DNA of 64,000 bases from Hyaloraphidium curvatum SAG 235-1 (Eukaryota; Fungi; Monoblepharomycota). The position numbers and the translations under genes are program-made. The first letter of the stretch is position 1; each line of letters begins with the position of its first letter. The notes below the pieces were generated by a model. It made no database searches. It worked only from the letters and a program-made list of their open reading frames with translations, and had not been told where the DNA came from. Below, piece after piece: positions 1 to 11,875 of this stretch. Location of the stretch: NCBI GenBank assembly GCA_025558095.1, contig JAIVFI010000003.1, forward strand, positions 186,001 through 250,000, in the 5' to 3' direction.

Positions 1-281
1 CGCCGTCCTGAAGCTGGTGGACGTGTACCGGAACCCGGGCAACTACGTGGGGGTGCAGAGGAGCTTGACGCTGTTCAGTGGGTTCCGTCGCGTCGCCCGA
101 TGCGAGCCTCTGCTGACGCCCAGTGGCAGTCTGCATCACCATCGTCCTGGGCATCGCCACCTGGGTGGTCTCGGTGCTGAACCTCCTGCAGTACAAGGAG
201 GGCAAGCTCAAGGACCTGGTGGAGCGCAACAAGGCCAACCTCGAGATGGCGAGGCAGCGCAAGTGGAGCATCGAGGACTAA
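1..281 (+). CDS. 3' end of a membrane protein gene (partial, starts upstream of the window)
   Basis: Branch site CTGAC and acceptor CAG at 121-123, followed by a GC3-rich frame AVCITIVLGIATWVVSVLNLLQYKEGKLKDLVERNKANLEMARQRKWSIED with TAA at 279-281. The exact donor was not resolved. Confidence 0.55.
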
Positions 282-485
282 AGGGGGGAAGGGGCTGCAG
301 CACGGTGATGGGGCGGTGGAACGGAGGCAGGGGAAGTTGCTTGAGTTGCGCATGCGTATTTGCCTGTTATTTGAAGATTATTCCGGGGCTCGTGGGCTGC
401 GAAGGCTAGCTAAGCAGGCGCTCTGCCAACTGGTTCGACCGACGTGCGCTCCGCACGGTTCCCCGCCCACGTCAACCCCACTGCG

Positions 486-953
486 ATGGCGCCCGTGCTC
501 CCGGCGGTGGCGGCCGCGCTGGCGCCGAGCGCTTCTGAGGCGCGACGGAAGGCGCTGCGGCTGTACCGGCAGTACCTCAAATCGGTGGGTGGCGGCGGCC
601 GCTCCGAGTGGACGCGCCCTGACCGCTCCTGTCCCACGGCTGAATCCCGCCTGAATCCCCATTATCTGCCCTTTAAATAGGCGCCGGACATCGTGCAGTT
701 CCAGTTCCTCGACATCACCCCCGCGCAGCTGCGCGCGCGCGTGCGGCTCGAGTTCGAGCGCAACGCGGGCGCAACGGACCTCGGCGCCGCCAACAGGCTC
801 ATCTTCCGCGGCGAGAAGGATTTGGAGGAGATGATGAACCAGTGGATGCAGAAGACGCACGTGATGCGGTTCTTCGAGAACGACTTCAGGGCCAAGGACG
901 AGCAGGCCGCCGCCAAGCCGTTCCTGCAAAAGTTCTACGAGGGGAGGGACTAG
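486..953 (+). CDS. NDUFA6: NADH:ubiquinone oxidoreductase accessory subunit B14 (LYR family)
   Basis: Exons 486-584 and 681-953 (GT..TAG intron). The protein has the LYR motif ALRLYRQYLKS, then RVRLEFERN, EEMMNQWMQKTHVMRFF and C-terminal FLQKFYEGRD, all typical of NDUFA6. Confidence 0.92.
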
Positions 954-1220
954 GAACTCCCAGGCGAAAGGGACACTTGCTATCGCGTCGGGGACCCGCC
1001 CTGGATGATCGGGGCCGAGCGGGAGGGATCGGGAGGCAGGATGGGACGGAAGGCTGCTGGACGGACCATGCCGCGGACTGAAGCCCTTTGGCGGGAAGCT
1101 AGACACTGCAGCGACCAAGAAACGGGTCTGAGCACTTGCTTTCTTCGCAAAGACGGCAGGAGTGGGGCCAGGGGTGTCCATCTATTGGCAAGGCCCGATG
1201 GACTCCCTGTCCGGTCCCAT

Positions 1221-2666
1221 CTAGTCAACCGTGGCAAGCCACGCCTCGAACATGATCTCCTGGGCCACTTCGGGCGGCAGCCCCCCGATCGCTCCGCTCC
1301 CGATCCAGCGCTTCCACGCAGCCACCTCGAGCACGTCGTCCATCAGCCCGCGGTACCTGTCCGCGCCCGCATCGGCGAGCACCTTGGTGAGGAGGTGATT
1401 CGGGCCGCCGGCGCCGTAGAAGAGCAGGAGGAGGACGAAGCTCCGCCTGCCGTGGAGGGGCGAGCCGGGCCGCTGCACTTCGTTAAGGAGCGCAGCAAGC
1501 TCGCACGGGCCTGCGCCGGCACCGCCGGTGCTGCCGGCGAGCCTAGCAAGGATGAGGCGGACGGAGAGGAACATGTCGCGGAGGCCCGAAAAAGGGACGT
1601 CTTCGAGGTACTTGGTCGCGGCCTTGTTCACGTTGAGGCAGGATGAGAGCAGTTTGGCATCGCAGCGCAGGACTCCGAGCTCGATGAACTTAGCGTAGAC
1701 TCCCGGGTGCCTCCACCTCGGCAGAGCTCGGTTGCGGACCCAGCATGCGATTTCGCGCTGCATTGCGGGTGCGTCGCGGAAAAACTCGTCGAGCAGGTCC
1801 AGGAAGCGCCGGGCCTGGAACGCCGGCTTATCCCATGAGTTCAGAAAGGTCCTGAAATAGGGCTTCCAGTTGGCTTCTGTCGGACCGTGCCCGTACTCCT
1901 TCAAGGCAGCAGTGGTCACGGGGCCGTAAACTCCAAGGATCGCCACCGCTTCGTGCTCCGTTCGGCCGGGCCTCCTAATGCAGTCCTGGGGTGAAGGATA
2001 TCCAGGGAAAGCAGAGAACACCCTGTCGTAAAGGACGCGGAAGCACCGCCTGCACGCTTCCTCCTCGTTGCGCAGCATGGCACTGCCCGGCTTCCTGGCC
2101 AGGGTATCGCTGTACTCGGTCCGGCCCAGATCGACGAGGAACTCTTTGGCCGAGGTCCGGTCGCTGAGCATGGCAGCCCACTTGTCGCCCGGCTTAAGAG
2201 GAACCAGAGACTTCGCGTTGTCCAGCATCCAGCTCACGGTCGCGTCCGCAAAGCATGACAGGGCGCCCTGGAAGTTGTCCGACAGGGGCAGCGGCCCGAC
2301 CACCTCCACCCATTGCGCGAGGAATGCCACGTCGTTGGAAGCCGCGGCCACGTCCGTGGCGCACCAAGTGGCGGTGTACGTGGAGCCGACGTCCGAGAAG
2401 CTCAGGTTTGCAGCCTGCAGGGCCTTGATCCGGGCCTCCCGGTTCGGCGCGCCCGGCGGGGGGACCATCTCGCGCAGCACCTGCGCGTTGCCCGTCGCGG
2501 CGGCGAAGATGACGGGGTGCACGTCGTCTCTCTCCAAAATATGGCGCCGCAGGCGGGCGAACATCTTCTCGGGCGAGGCCGACGGTGCGGCCTTCCGTTC
2601 AACGCGCGAAGCCCGAGCCCAAAGGAGACGATGAACGTCCTTCCCTGCCTTCCGGGTCGACGGCAA
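1221..2666 (-). CDS. Uncharacterised 481-aa protein; weak N-terminal ankyrin-like repeats and C-terminal F-box-like LPPEV motif
   Basis: Long intronless ORF. PVIFAAATGNAQVLREM and ATDVAAASNDVAFL resemble ankyrin repeats; it ends IGGLPPEVAQEIMFEAWL. Confidence 0.55.
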   Translation of the reverse strand: MPSTRKAGKDVHRLLWARASRVERKAAPSASPEKMFARLRRHILERDDVHPVIFAAATGNAQVLREMVPPPGAPNREARIKALQAANLSFSDVGSTYTATWCATDVAAASNDVAFLAQWVEVVGPLPLSDNFQGALSCFADATVSWMLDNAKSLVPLKPGDKWAAMLSDRTSAKEFLVDLGRTEYSDTLARKPGSAMLRNEEEACRRCFRVLYDRVFSAFPGYPSPQDCIRRPGRTEHEAVAILGVYGPVTTAALKEYGHGPTEANWKPYFRTFLNSWDKPAFQARRFLDLLDEFFRDAPAMQREIACWVRNRALPRWRHPGVYAKFIELGVLRCDAKLLSSCLNVNKAATKYLEDVPFSGLRDMFLSVRLILARLAGSTGGAGAGPCELAALLNEVQRPGSPLHGRRSFVLLLLFYGAGGPNHLLTKVLADAGADRYRGLMDDVLEVAAWKRWIGSGAIGGLPPEVAQEIMFEAWLATVD

Positions 2667-2936
2667 TGGGATCCGCGAGAATAAGAATGATGTTCAACGA
2701 AGGGGTCCAGCGACGGAGCGGTGTTCCTGGCACCTCCTCGTGAATCCCGCAAAGCGATTCGGGACCGCCGTCCCTCTCAAACAACCCGCATTGTCCACCC
2801 CATCGACCTGACAGCGGCGTGTCTGCGGTGCCAGTGGCACCGTCTCCGCTTTATATTAGTCGCGGCCTTCGCGCAGCGGGGGGCGTTTCCCGCCCGGGCC
2901 ACCGCTCCTCGAACTTTGAGGGCCCGCCAACCGCGT

Positions 2937-4661
2937 ATGGCTTCGGACGGTTTCAACTCGCAGGGCTCGGGCGGCTCGCTGCAGAACGTCGGGGTCGCCT
3001 TCATCGACGTCAAGTTTCCGCCGGAGCAGCTTGAAGAACTGCGGAAAAAGGTCGTTGACGAAGGCGAGTGTGTTTGTGACGCTTCGTTCCCTCTTCCTCC
3101 TCTCTGACCCCCAAAACCAGGCGGGCAGCTCAAGCCGGCCGGCGAGGCCGACGTCCTTGTGACCGTGCTCAAGTCACCGTCGCGCATCGGCCGCCACATC
3201 CCCCGCGAGGCGCCCAGCGTGCCGGTCGTCACCCCCCAGTGGATCTCCGAGACCATCGACGCCGGCTTCACCCAGCCTTTTGGCGAATACGCCATCGAGG
3301 TCTCCGAGGAACATCGCCCGCGCAAGCGCCCCCGGATCTCCCCGTCCCCCCTCCCGGCACCCGTCATCCTGAGCCCCCGCGCCTCGGACGACGAGTCGGA
3401 GCGCTACACCACGGACGAGGAGGCCGGCCTCCCCCCCGGCGCCGGCAACCTCGACCCGCGCTTCCGCAACACCAAGTACGAGTGCCAGCGCCCCACCCCG
3501 CTGGAGCACCACAACCGCGAGCTCATCGAGGAGCTCGAGGTCATCTCGCGCGACCGCGAGCTCTCGTTCGAGGACCGGCACGCGTCGGCGTACCGCCGCG
3601 CCGTCGCGGGGCTCAGGGCCTACCCGCGGGACATCCTGACCGCAGTCGAGGCGGAGAAAATCCGGTTCGTGGGGCCAAAGATCGGAGCGGCCATCAAGGA
3701 GTTCCTCCGAAAGGGACACATACCCGAGGCCCGGAAGCTGCGCGCGGATCCCAAGTTTAGGGCTGCCGATTTGTTTGCCGGGATCTACGGCGCCGGCCCC
3801 GCGGCGGTCAAGTCGTGGATCGCCAAGGGGTACCGCTCCTTGGACGATCTCAAGGCGGGGGAGGGCTACCAGGAGGAGGGCGCCGAACAGGGCAAGCCCA
3901 AGAAGCCGCCCAAGGGGGACGACGAGGACGAGCGCCACTACCGCGGCCTCACCGAAAAGCAGAGAAAGGGCCTCAAGTGGTACGATGCCCTCCGCGAGAC
4001 CATGTCGGGCGCGGACGCCGAGGAGATCCACGACCTAGTAGCCGCCGAGGTCGAACGGATCGTGCCGGGCTCGATCGTCGAGCACCTCGACGAGTACCGC
4101 CGCGGCAAGCGCAAGGGCATCAAGAACGTGGACCTGCTGGTCACGCCGCCGGCGATCGAGTACTTCGACCGCCTGCTCTCCAAGCTGCTCTCGGCGCTCG
4201 ACAAGAAGGGCCTGATCCTCGACGTCCTCATGCTCTCGGACGACGACGAGGACAACGCCTCCAAGACCCTGGAGGTGCAGCCCGGCCCGGGTTCTCCGCG
4301 CCGTGCGCCTCCATCCGCCACGGCGATCCTCATGCGCCTCAAGGCTTTGCCCCCGGAAGCCGACCCCACGCGCAAGGCCAACCTGATCCTCCGGCAGCCC
4401 TCGTCGGGCAAGCTGCGTGCGGTGCACATCATCGTCTGCCCCACCCCCTGCCGGCCCTACACCCTCACCTGCCTCACGGGATCGATGACCTTTGTCCGGT
4501 CGATGCGGGAGTACCTCGACAAGGAGAAAGGGTACAAGATCAGCAACCACGGGCTGTGGGACGCCACGACGGGTGCCAGGGTCGCGGACTGCGCGACCGA
4601 GAGGGACGTGTTCGACAAGATGGGGCTGCCGTGGATCGAGCCCGAGGGGAGGAACTGCTGA
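2937..4661 (+). CDS. DNA polymerase X family (Pol4/Pol mu-like) with N-terminal BRCT; catalytic residues degenerate
   Basis: Exons 2937-3063 and 3121-4661 (probable GC-AG intron). BRCT (VVTPQWISETI), 8-kDa domain (HNRELIEELE..AYRRAVAGL), HhH (GIYGAGP), YRRGK, TGSMTFVRSMR and C-terminal ERDVFDKMGLPWIEPEGRN. Confidence 0.9.
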
Positions 4662-4863
4662 GGCCGTGGGACGGCGGTGGAGAGGGGATCGGCCCGATGT
4701 CGGGCACCTGCGGGATCGTTTCGTGTCGTTAGCTCAGTCTTGCTTTGTTGAATCATGATTTAGGAACGAAAAGATGACCCGTTCGCCGTCGCGTCATCCG
4801 GCCGTTTTCCGATCGACGCCGGGCGGGTGAGCCGTTTCCTTCCGGTCCTGCCGACCAGCTCAA

Positions 4864-6375
4864 ATGACGGCCTCGCCGACGTCGACGTCCCTCCCGGCGC
4901 AGGCGCAGGACAAGTTCTCCTTCACGGCCATCTCGGCCGACGGCACGCGGATCTCGTGCCTGCTGGAGCGCAAGGCGACGCTGACGAAGCACTCGGGGAC
5001 GTGCGTGCTGCTGGCGCACGGGCTCGGACAGGTGGGGCGCCTCAAAACACCGAAAATAGGCAAGCTGAGCGCCAGTATTGATAGGACAAGTCGAGTCCGG
5101 CGGTCAGGGGGATCGCGGAGGGGCTGCCGTACAATGTCTGCACGTACGACGCGAGGGGGCTCGGGGACAGCAGCGGCGAAGCCGTGGGTCTCTCTCGGGC
5201 GCATTGCCGCGTCGTACACCCTGATGGTGTTGTCGGCAGTCGATTTGCGACTTCAAGGACGCGGTGGAGGACATGAACGCGGTGGTGGACAAGCTCGCCG
5301 GGCTCGGGCTGCCAGTCCACACCGTGTTTGGGCTGTCGAAGGTGCGGCTTTCGGGCTCTTTCGCGACGGGATCTTATTGTTCTTGTCGTCGACTTGGGGC
5401 ACATCTATCGCACAGGGCGGGGAGGTCGCGATCCTCTTTGTCAACCAGTACCCGTCCAAGATCCGACAGCTGGCCGTCTTGGGCGTGCACTACGACCTCT
5501 CCCGCAACGACGAGTGCCAGCTGACCCCCGCCCAGCTCCGGCAGATCCAGACTCAGGGCTACATCGTGTGGAAGCGCTACGGGCGCAACAACAACCCTCG
5601 GTTCTGGATCATCCGGAAGGAGGACCTCAGGCTGCGCGCGGCGATGGACGTGCACACGCCCATGTCGCGTATTTCCTCCCACGTGGGGATCCTAGTGCTC
5701 CACGGGGAGGACGACGAGGTGGTGCCGGCGTCGGAGGCGAGGAAGTACGCCGAGATGATGGCAGGGCGGTCGAACTTTTCCTGGACCGTGCTGGAGGGCG
5801 TCACCCACGCGTGCTCCACGCCGGAGGAGATACAAAAGGTCGTCGAGACCGTGGAGCGGTTCACGGAGGGCGAGCCGCTGGACTCTGGTGCCGTCGCCGC
5901 GGGCGAGGGCTACTACGGGGCCCCGCCGACCGCGGACGCCGGCAAGCTGCCGCGGCGCGGGTCTTCGGCCTCGCAGGCGGCGCCTCCGCAGCCGGGTCTG
6001 TCGCCGGCGATCCTTGCCGAGTTCCTGGAGACGCCCTCGGAGCTCGCCGCGGACCGCTGGGCGCTGGATTCGCTCACGCCGCCGTACGTGCCGCCATCCG
6101 GGGCCTCGCGGTCGCGGGGCAACAGCAGCAGCACGCCTGTCGCCCCGCTCGATCTGTACGTCGAGGAGCTGGACGGGGCGGACGACTCGGGGCGCAGAGG
6201 ATCGGTATCGGCCCTCTCGGCGGCGCTCAGCTCCGCGGGGCTCGGGCCGAACAGGGTGGCGAAGGTGCCTACGCCGCCTATGCCGATTGCAGTGAAGATT
6301 GACGGCAGAGGGGGCAAGGGGCAGCCGGCAGTCGCGGAGGAGGAGGAGGACGTCGCATTCCGGCTATCGCCGTGA
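4864..6375 (+). CDS. Alpha/beta hydrolase with low-complexity C-terminal tail
   Basis: VLLAHGLG oxyanion motif; nucleophile elbow GLSK/GG split by an intron at about 5342-5414; VLHGEDDEVVP acid; GVTHA histidine. About three introns. Confidence 0.8.
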   Translation: MTASPTSTSLPAQAQDKFSFTAISADGTRISCLLERKATLTKHSGTCVLLAHGLGQVGRLKTPKIGKLSASIDRTSRVRRSGGSRRGCRTMSARTTRGGSGTAAAKPWVSLGRIAASYTLMVLSAVDLRLQGRGGGHERGGGQARRARAASPHRVWAVEGAAFGLFRDGILLFLSSTWGTSIAQGGEVAILFVNQYPSKIRQLAVLGVHYDLSRNDECQLTPAQLRQIQTQGYIVWKRYGRNNNPRFWIIRKEDLRLRAAMDVHTPMSRISSHVGILVLHGEDDEVVPASEARKYAEMMAGRSNFSWTVLEGVTHACSTPEEIQKVVETVERFTEGEPLDSGAVAAGEGYYGAPPTADAGKLPRRGSSASQAAPPQPGLSPAILAEFLETPSELAADRWALDSLTPPYVPPSGASRSRGNSSSTPVAPLDLYVEELDGADDSGRRGSVSALSAALSSAGLGPNRVAKVPTPPMPIAVKIDGRGGKGQPAVAEEEEDVAFRLSP

Positions 6376-6720
6376 CCTGTAGCGGCTGATCTGATCTGAT
6401 GGCTGTTCGGCCGAAGTAGCCTCGGCATTTGGTGATTGGGATGGTCCCATCTAGGCCATGGAAGGAACGCCGACCGGCAACGTCAAGGGGGGGGGGCGCG
6501 TTGTGGCTGTGAGCGAACGAACACCCCTGGCCGAGCGCTAATTCTGCGCGTCCCTCCTCCGATACTCCAAAGATACCCCGGGACGTAGCAGACCAACGCC
6601 TTCTTATCTGCCCCCGACGTGGGTGCTGACGGTCAACGCTTGGTGGACCTTCTGCTCGGGCATCGGTTTCGCCCCGGCTCCTGGCCGGGCGCCCTTGCGG
6701 AACCCCGGCAAAACGGAACC

Positions 6721-9700
6721 ATGGCCGGCGGACGGACATTGATCGCGTTCGGAGCCGCTTTCCTTTGGCTTTTCGTGGTTGTTGCATGGCTCGGCTCGGA
6801 TCGGGGCAAGGCATTCGCGGGCAGCGCGGACCCGGCCGTTCCTGCGTCGCGTTCCCCGCGCCGTCTTGCACCGCGTGGCCTGTCCAAGCTTTCCGCCCTT
6901 TCTCCAAACAACAACAAGACCTCAAATTCCTCGCCGCTTGCCCAGTTTCTGAGCAAGGCGCAGCCTCGCGTGCCCAAGCTGGTACACTTCATCTACGGCC
7001 TCGACCAGTCGCGGGTACCCGAGTTCGGCTTCATCCAGTGGCTCTCCATCGTCTCAGCCTACGAATCCATCCGCCCGGAACGCATCTTCTTCTGGCACCG
7101 GGGCGAGCCCAGGGGGGAGTGGTGGGAGCGCGCCAAGCACTTCATCACCGACCGGCGCCAGGCGCGGGACGTGACCTCGGTCTTCGGTAACCCCATCGCC
7201 AACTACGCCCACAAGGCCGACATCCTCCGCCTGGAGATCCTGATCGAGCACGGGGGGATATACCTGGACCAGGACACGGTGGTGTGGAGGTCGCTGGACG
7301 AGCTGCTGGGCTACGAATGCGTCATGGGCCACGAAGGCGAGGGCGGATGGGTCGGCCTGGGCAACGCGGTCATCATTGCTCAACCGCGCTCGCGATTCCT
7401 TTCGCGGTGGCTGCGGTCGTACCACAACTTTGACGACGCCAACTGGAACTACCACTCCATCATCCTGCCGCGGATCCTGGCCGCCGAAAACCCCCGCGAG
7501 GTGCATGTGCTGGACTACACGCGCTTCTTTTGGCCTCTGTGGAACGAGAACGGGCTGCAGAAGTTCTATGTGGAAAAGGTTTACGACTTTGGCAAGCTGG
7601 GCTTCACGAACCACCTCTGGGAGAGCAAGGCCCTCAGATTCGTGCTCTCGGACGCGGCCAATGCACCGACGTTGGAGCAGGTGGACCTGCCTATCTACTG
7701 CGGCATGCGGAGGTTCCTCAAAGTCCAGCCGCCGGGGCCGCGGATGAAGGACTCATCGGGAGCCTACTGCTGGCACAACCAGGAGGCACCTGCAGAGATG
7801 CCAGAGCCCGAACCCGCGTGCAGGATCCTGGATGGGCCGCTGGACAACAGCACTCTCGGTAAGCTGCGGAAGATGCGATCCTCCACACTCTCTTGACACT
7901 GCTCTGCAGTCTCGTACTACGACTTCGACCGAGACCGCGATCACCCGCTGAAGCTCCTTGACAGCAGCGGGCACCACCTGAACGGCTGGTTCCTCTCCTT
8001 CCGCACGCCGGACGTCCAGGATGTTTCTCAGATCCCCGGCTTTGCGACGTACCCTCCTCCGTTCGGGACGGTGCGCTCCTTTGATGGTTCGCGAGGCGAC
8101 TACGCCATCCTCCCCACGCTGCGCACGTACGGCCAGAGCTTCCACGCCTTTACACTTTCCTTGTGGCTTCGGTTCGACTCGCAGGCAGCTGCCACGGCCG
8201 ACCGCATGGCCGTGGCCGAAGTGGTGGGCGACTGCGACACCTTTGGGACGCACGACAGGTGTCCCTCCTTGCACGTGCAGCTGAAGCGGGCCAAACGAGC
8301 TCCGGCCCCATTCCAGCTAGGGAAGGCGAACAGGGAGGCGAACCAGAGGCCGGTCCAGGGAAAGACTGACGGGCCCTGGATCTGCGAGGCGGCCATGCAC
8401 GAGCGCAGGGCCGGAGACTCTTGGATCGTCGTCAAGCTGGCGCGGATCGACGTCTGGGAGGGCGTCAAGGAGCACATGTTGCCTGACGTCTGGTATCGCG
8501 TGCAGGTATCGGCCTCGCGGAGGTCCCAGAAGCTTCGGTTGCAGGTGTGGAAGGGGGCTTTCGAAGGCGCGGCCCGCTTCACAGTCGAGAAGATCGCTGA
8601 CCTCTCCAATGGGTACTACACTCCGTCGTCGATAGTGCCAGTTCGATTCAGGAACATCTGGCTCGGCGGGCCTTGGCATCTGCTGAAGGACGCGCACGAT
8701 GCGTCCAATTACTTCACGGGGCAAATGGACCGCGTAGTCATATCTTCGACGGAAGTCGAAAACGCAGAGGACCTCGCGGAAGGGCGAACGTCGCTCGATC
8801 TCGCGCCGTCGTTCGGAGTGGTCGACGCAGCCGAGCTTGAGCTGCGGCAGCAGGACGATCTTGACAGCATGCTCCGGGCCGCGGGGAGTGGCTCACGACT
8901 GCGCAAGAGGCTGGCAGGCGCACCCGTTCCGATGTCGCTTTCCGAGCGTGCCCGCCAAGTGTTGGATTCCCTCATCCTCGCGGCCGCTCTCGAGCCGGTG
9001 ACCTTCATATTCGTCGTGTTCGGGCCTCTCGGCGTGTACCTGTTGCGCTCGTCGCGCCGGCTCCGCAAGTTTGCGTGGATGGGGTTTCTCGGCTTTCTCA
9101 CGGTTGTGGTGGTACTGGAAGCTGGGTGCCTGGCAAGTGTCCACAGGCTCTTGGGCGTCTTCGTTCGAACTGACGCTTTCCGCATTTGAAACAGCTGCGT
9201 CAGCTTCCTTGGGAAAGATTGCCCGCTGCCGTGGCCGTCGAAGCGGCCAAAGCGGATGCCAAAGTCGATTTGGCTGACGTTCAGCTCCTCCGGCAAGATC
9301 TAGCTTCAGAGCCGGCAATCCAGGCGACTCTGAATGAATCAACTCCTAACGCGTCCAATGAAGCAGCTGAGCTGGAAGGTCGGGATTCAGAGGATGTTCC
9401 CCGACCCGCTAAGCCAGCGAAAGGGTCGCGCCAGATCGCGCTTCTTGAACAGCCCTTGCGCCCGTGGGAGCCGCGAATCGCAGTGATTATGCCCTGTCAC
9501 AAGCAAGCCATCTATATCCGCGATGCGCTGAGGAGTGTGTTCCGGCAGTCGTACGCCTCCTGGGACCTGATCGTCGTGGACGACCGATCCCCCGATCGGT
9601 GCGGGCGCGTTGCCGTACGCGAAGTTCGTTCCCGATTCCGGGACTATGAGGAAACTTCGGAACGTCGAAACACACGACTGATGCCGGAGGACTTCCTCGT

Positions 9701-10853
9701 TCGCCACATGGACCTCACTGTCACCTCGTTCCGCGGGGCTCAGGGCCGAACAATTCAGGTCGTCGAAAACCACGATAACTGCGGGCTTTCGTGCTCGAGG
9801 AACCTCGCCATCCTGTTGACGGATGCGCCGTACATTCTCACCCTCGATGCCGACGACTTGATCCACCAATCGTACCTCCGCATCGCGGTCTCGGCATTGC
9901 AAACAAATCCGGCCCTGGGGATCGTCACGGGTGCGACGCAGCAGTTCTTCGGTGCTTCCAATTGGACCTGGTGGTTGCCCGAATGGTCCCCGCGAGCTGT
10001 TCTGGATCGTGGGCCTTTTCCCGTGGCGACAGTTTACCGAAGGGCCGATTGGGCTCGGATCGGCGGGTACAACCCGCTGTTGCCATGGGGCAACGAAGAT
10101 TGGACCTTCTGGATCGCGCTCTCCTGGCTCCCGGGCATGCAGGTCCACAAGCTGAAGGGAGAGTACTGGCCGGGGAAGGGCATGGGCAAGGGAGAGAGCA
10201 CAAGCTCCTACAGGTACAAAGCTGCGTCGATGGCTCGGTCCAAGGAGGAACACGCCGAAGAGTGCGAAGCAATGATGCGCACGATCCACTCGGCATTGTA
10301 CGGGCCCGAACGCACGCTCGAGGCCCATTCCTTGCTCCTCACCCGGGGATCTCTCCAAATGCGCGAGCTGGTGGAGGCAGCTGTCGCCCGAGCTGGCACC
10401 GGAAAGGCCCTGGGCAGGCAGAGCGAAGCAGCACTGTGGCTTGGTCTGTGGTGGGAGGGGCGAGCCGAGGAAGACGGGGAAGGAGGCCTGAAGGCCGAAG
10501 CATTGAGGGAGGCGAGGGACTGGTACGTCCGCGGGATCGAGCACGGATTGGCCCAACGGGCATCCGACGAGGGCCGTGATCCAAAGGAATGGTTACCCAG
10601 CATGAGAGCGGAGCTACCCGATGATTGGCAGCTCTGGTGGAGAGCCGGGATAGCCACCGCCAAGCTGGGTGAGCTCTCCTTAGGGGCGGAAACGAACGTC
10701 ACCCTCTCGGCGTCAGTCGAGATTGCTGGCATAGGATCCTTCACTTGCCGCAAGCTTTGTGAGGAAGCTCTGGCGAGAGCGGGGCAGCTGCTGGCGCCAC
10801 GGGTATCTGAATGCCATTCTCCGGCATCGGCCGCTGGAACAAGGCGTGGATGA
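6721..10853 (+). CDS. Bifunctional glycosyltransferase: TM-GT32(DxD)-LamG/ConA-like-2TM-GT2
   Basis: Exons 6721-7858, 7910-9132 and 9195-10853 join in frame. GT32 motifs VPKLVHFIY and HKADILRLEILIEHGGIYLDQD; LamG-like YYDFD..DSSGHHLNG..FTLSLW..FTGQMDRV; GT2 motifs AVIMPCHK..IVVDDRSPD..RNLAI..ILTLDADD..EDWTFW. Confidence 0.8.
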
Positions 10854-10909
10854 ACGAATAAAGTTGATAATGATGAAATGCCATAGCTTATCCACTGGGA
10901 CTCAAGTCT

Positions 10910-11754
10910 TCATTGGGCGGTACCCGAGGCACCCGTGAGCGTCAGGAAGAGGGAAGGAAAGTGCTGCTTCAGCCACGAGTCCATGATGAGTATAAGTTCG
11001 TCCTCATCTCCAAAGAAAAAGTGGTCCGCTTCCAGTGTTTTGAGCGTCGCGGGTCCGGTGACGTGCTGCTGCGTCATGGTCTTCAAGCTGGACACCGAGG
11101 TGAAGTTATCATGGGTCCCGATGACGAACAGTTTAGGAGCCGTCTGCAGGGAGGAAAGCCGACCCAAGTGTTTCGAGGAATTGAAAGCCGTAAGGAACCA
11201 TAGCACGGAATACGGATATCCGATAGCAACAAGGCCAAGGAGTTTGCCTGACGTCTCCAGGTCCGGTGCGACAGAGCAGGCCACGACGCTGCCGAAGGAC
11301 TAGCAGCAAGCGATCAGTTTCGGTGCATCGCGCCCTTTTCGCGCTCTTGACTCACGTAACCGACGAGCAGAACCTTTTCTGCGTCGGTCGACTCCAGAAG
11401 GAAGGCGTAAGCGGCGCGGAGATCCTCCATCTCGGCCTCGGCCTTCCACGATGTCCTCCCTTCCGAATCTCCAACACCGCGAAAGTTGAGGCGCAACGTC
11501 GTGCAGCCGCGGCGCGCAAAGTACTCGATAACGGCAAATACGACGTTGTTGTGGAGATCGCCGCCGAGCGGCCCGTCTGAAAGGACGTGTCGGTGAAGCG
11601 GCTCTGGGCATCTCGTCGAAATCGCCTCACAGGGGTGAGTGACTATGACACCGACGCCCGCCAGGGGATTCTTGGGAGGTCGATGCACGCGAGCCTCGAT
11701 ATGGACGCCATCGGACGCGCGGAGGCGCACGGATTCCTCGGGCAGGCGACTCAT
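10910..11754 (-). CDS. Alpha/beta-fold hydrolase
   Basis: IVTHP/YGPLGGDLHNNVV, LRLNFRGVGDSEG, GY/SFG nucleophile elbow across an intron, FVIGTHDNF acid and ADHFF histidine; two introns. Confidence 0.85.
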
Positions 11755-11875
11755 GTTTACGACCACGTTGGCGCATCACCGGCGCGCTTTCTCTGCCGGC
11801 CGTTTCATCGCTGTCGATCAGCGACCTGCTCCAAGCATCGCATCATTATTGCAACAAAGACACACGACAGCTGAC

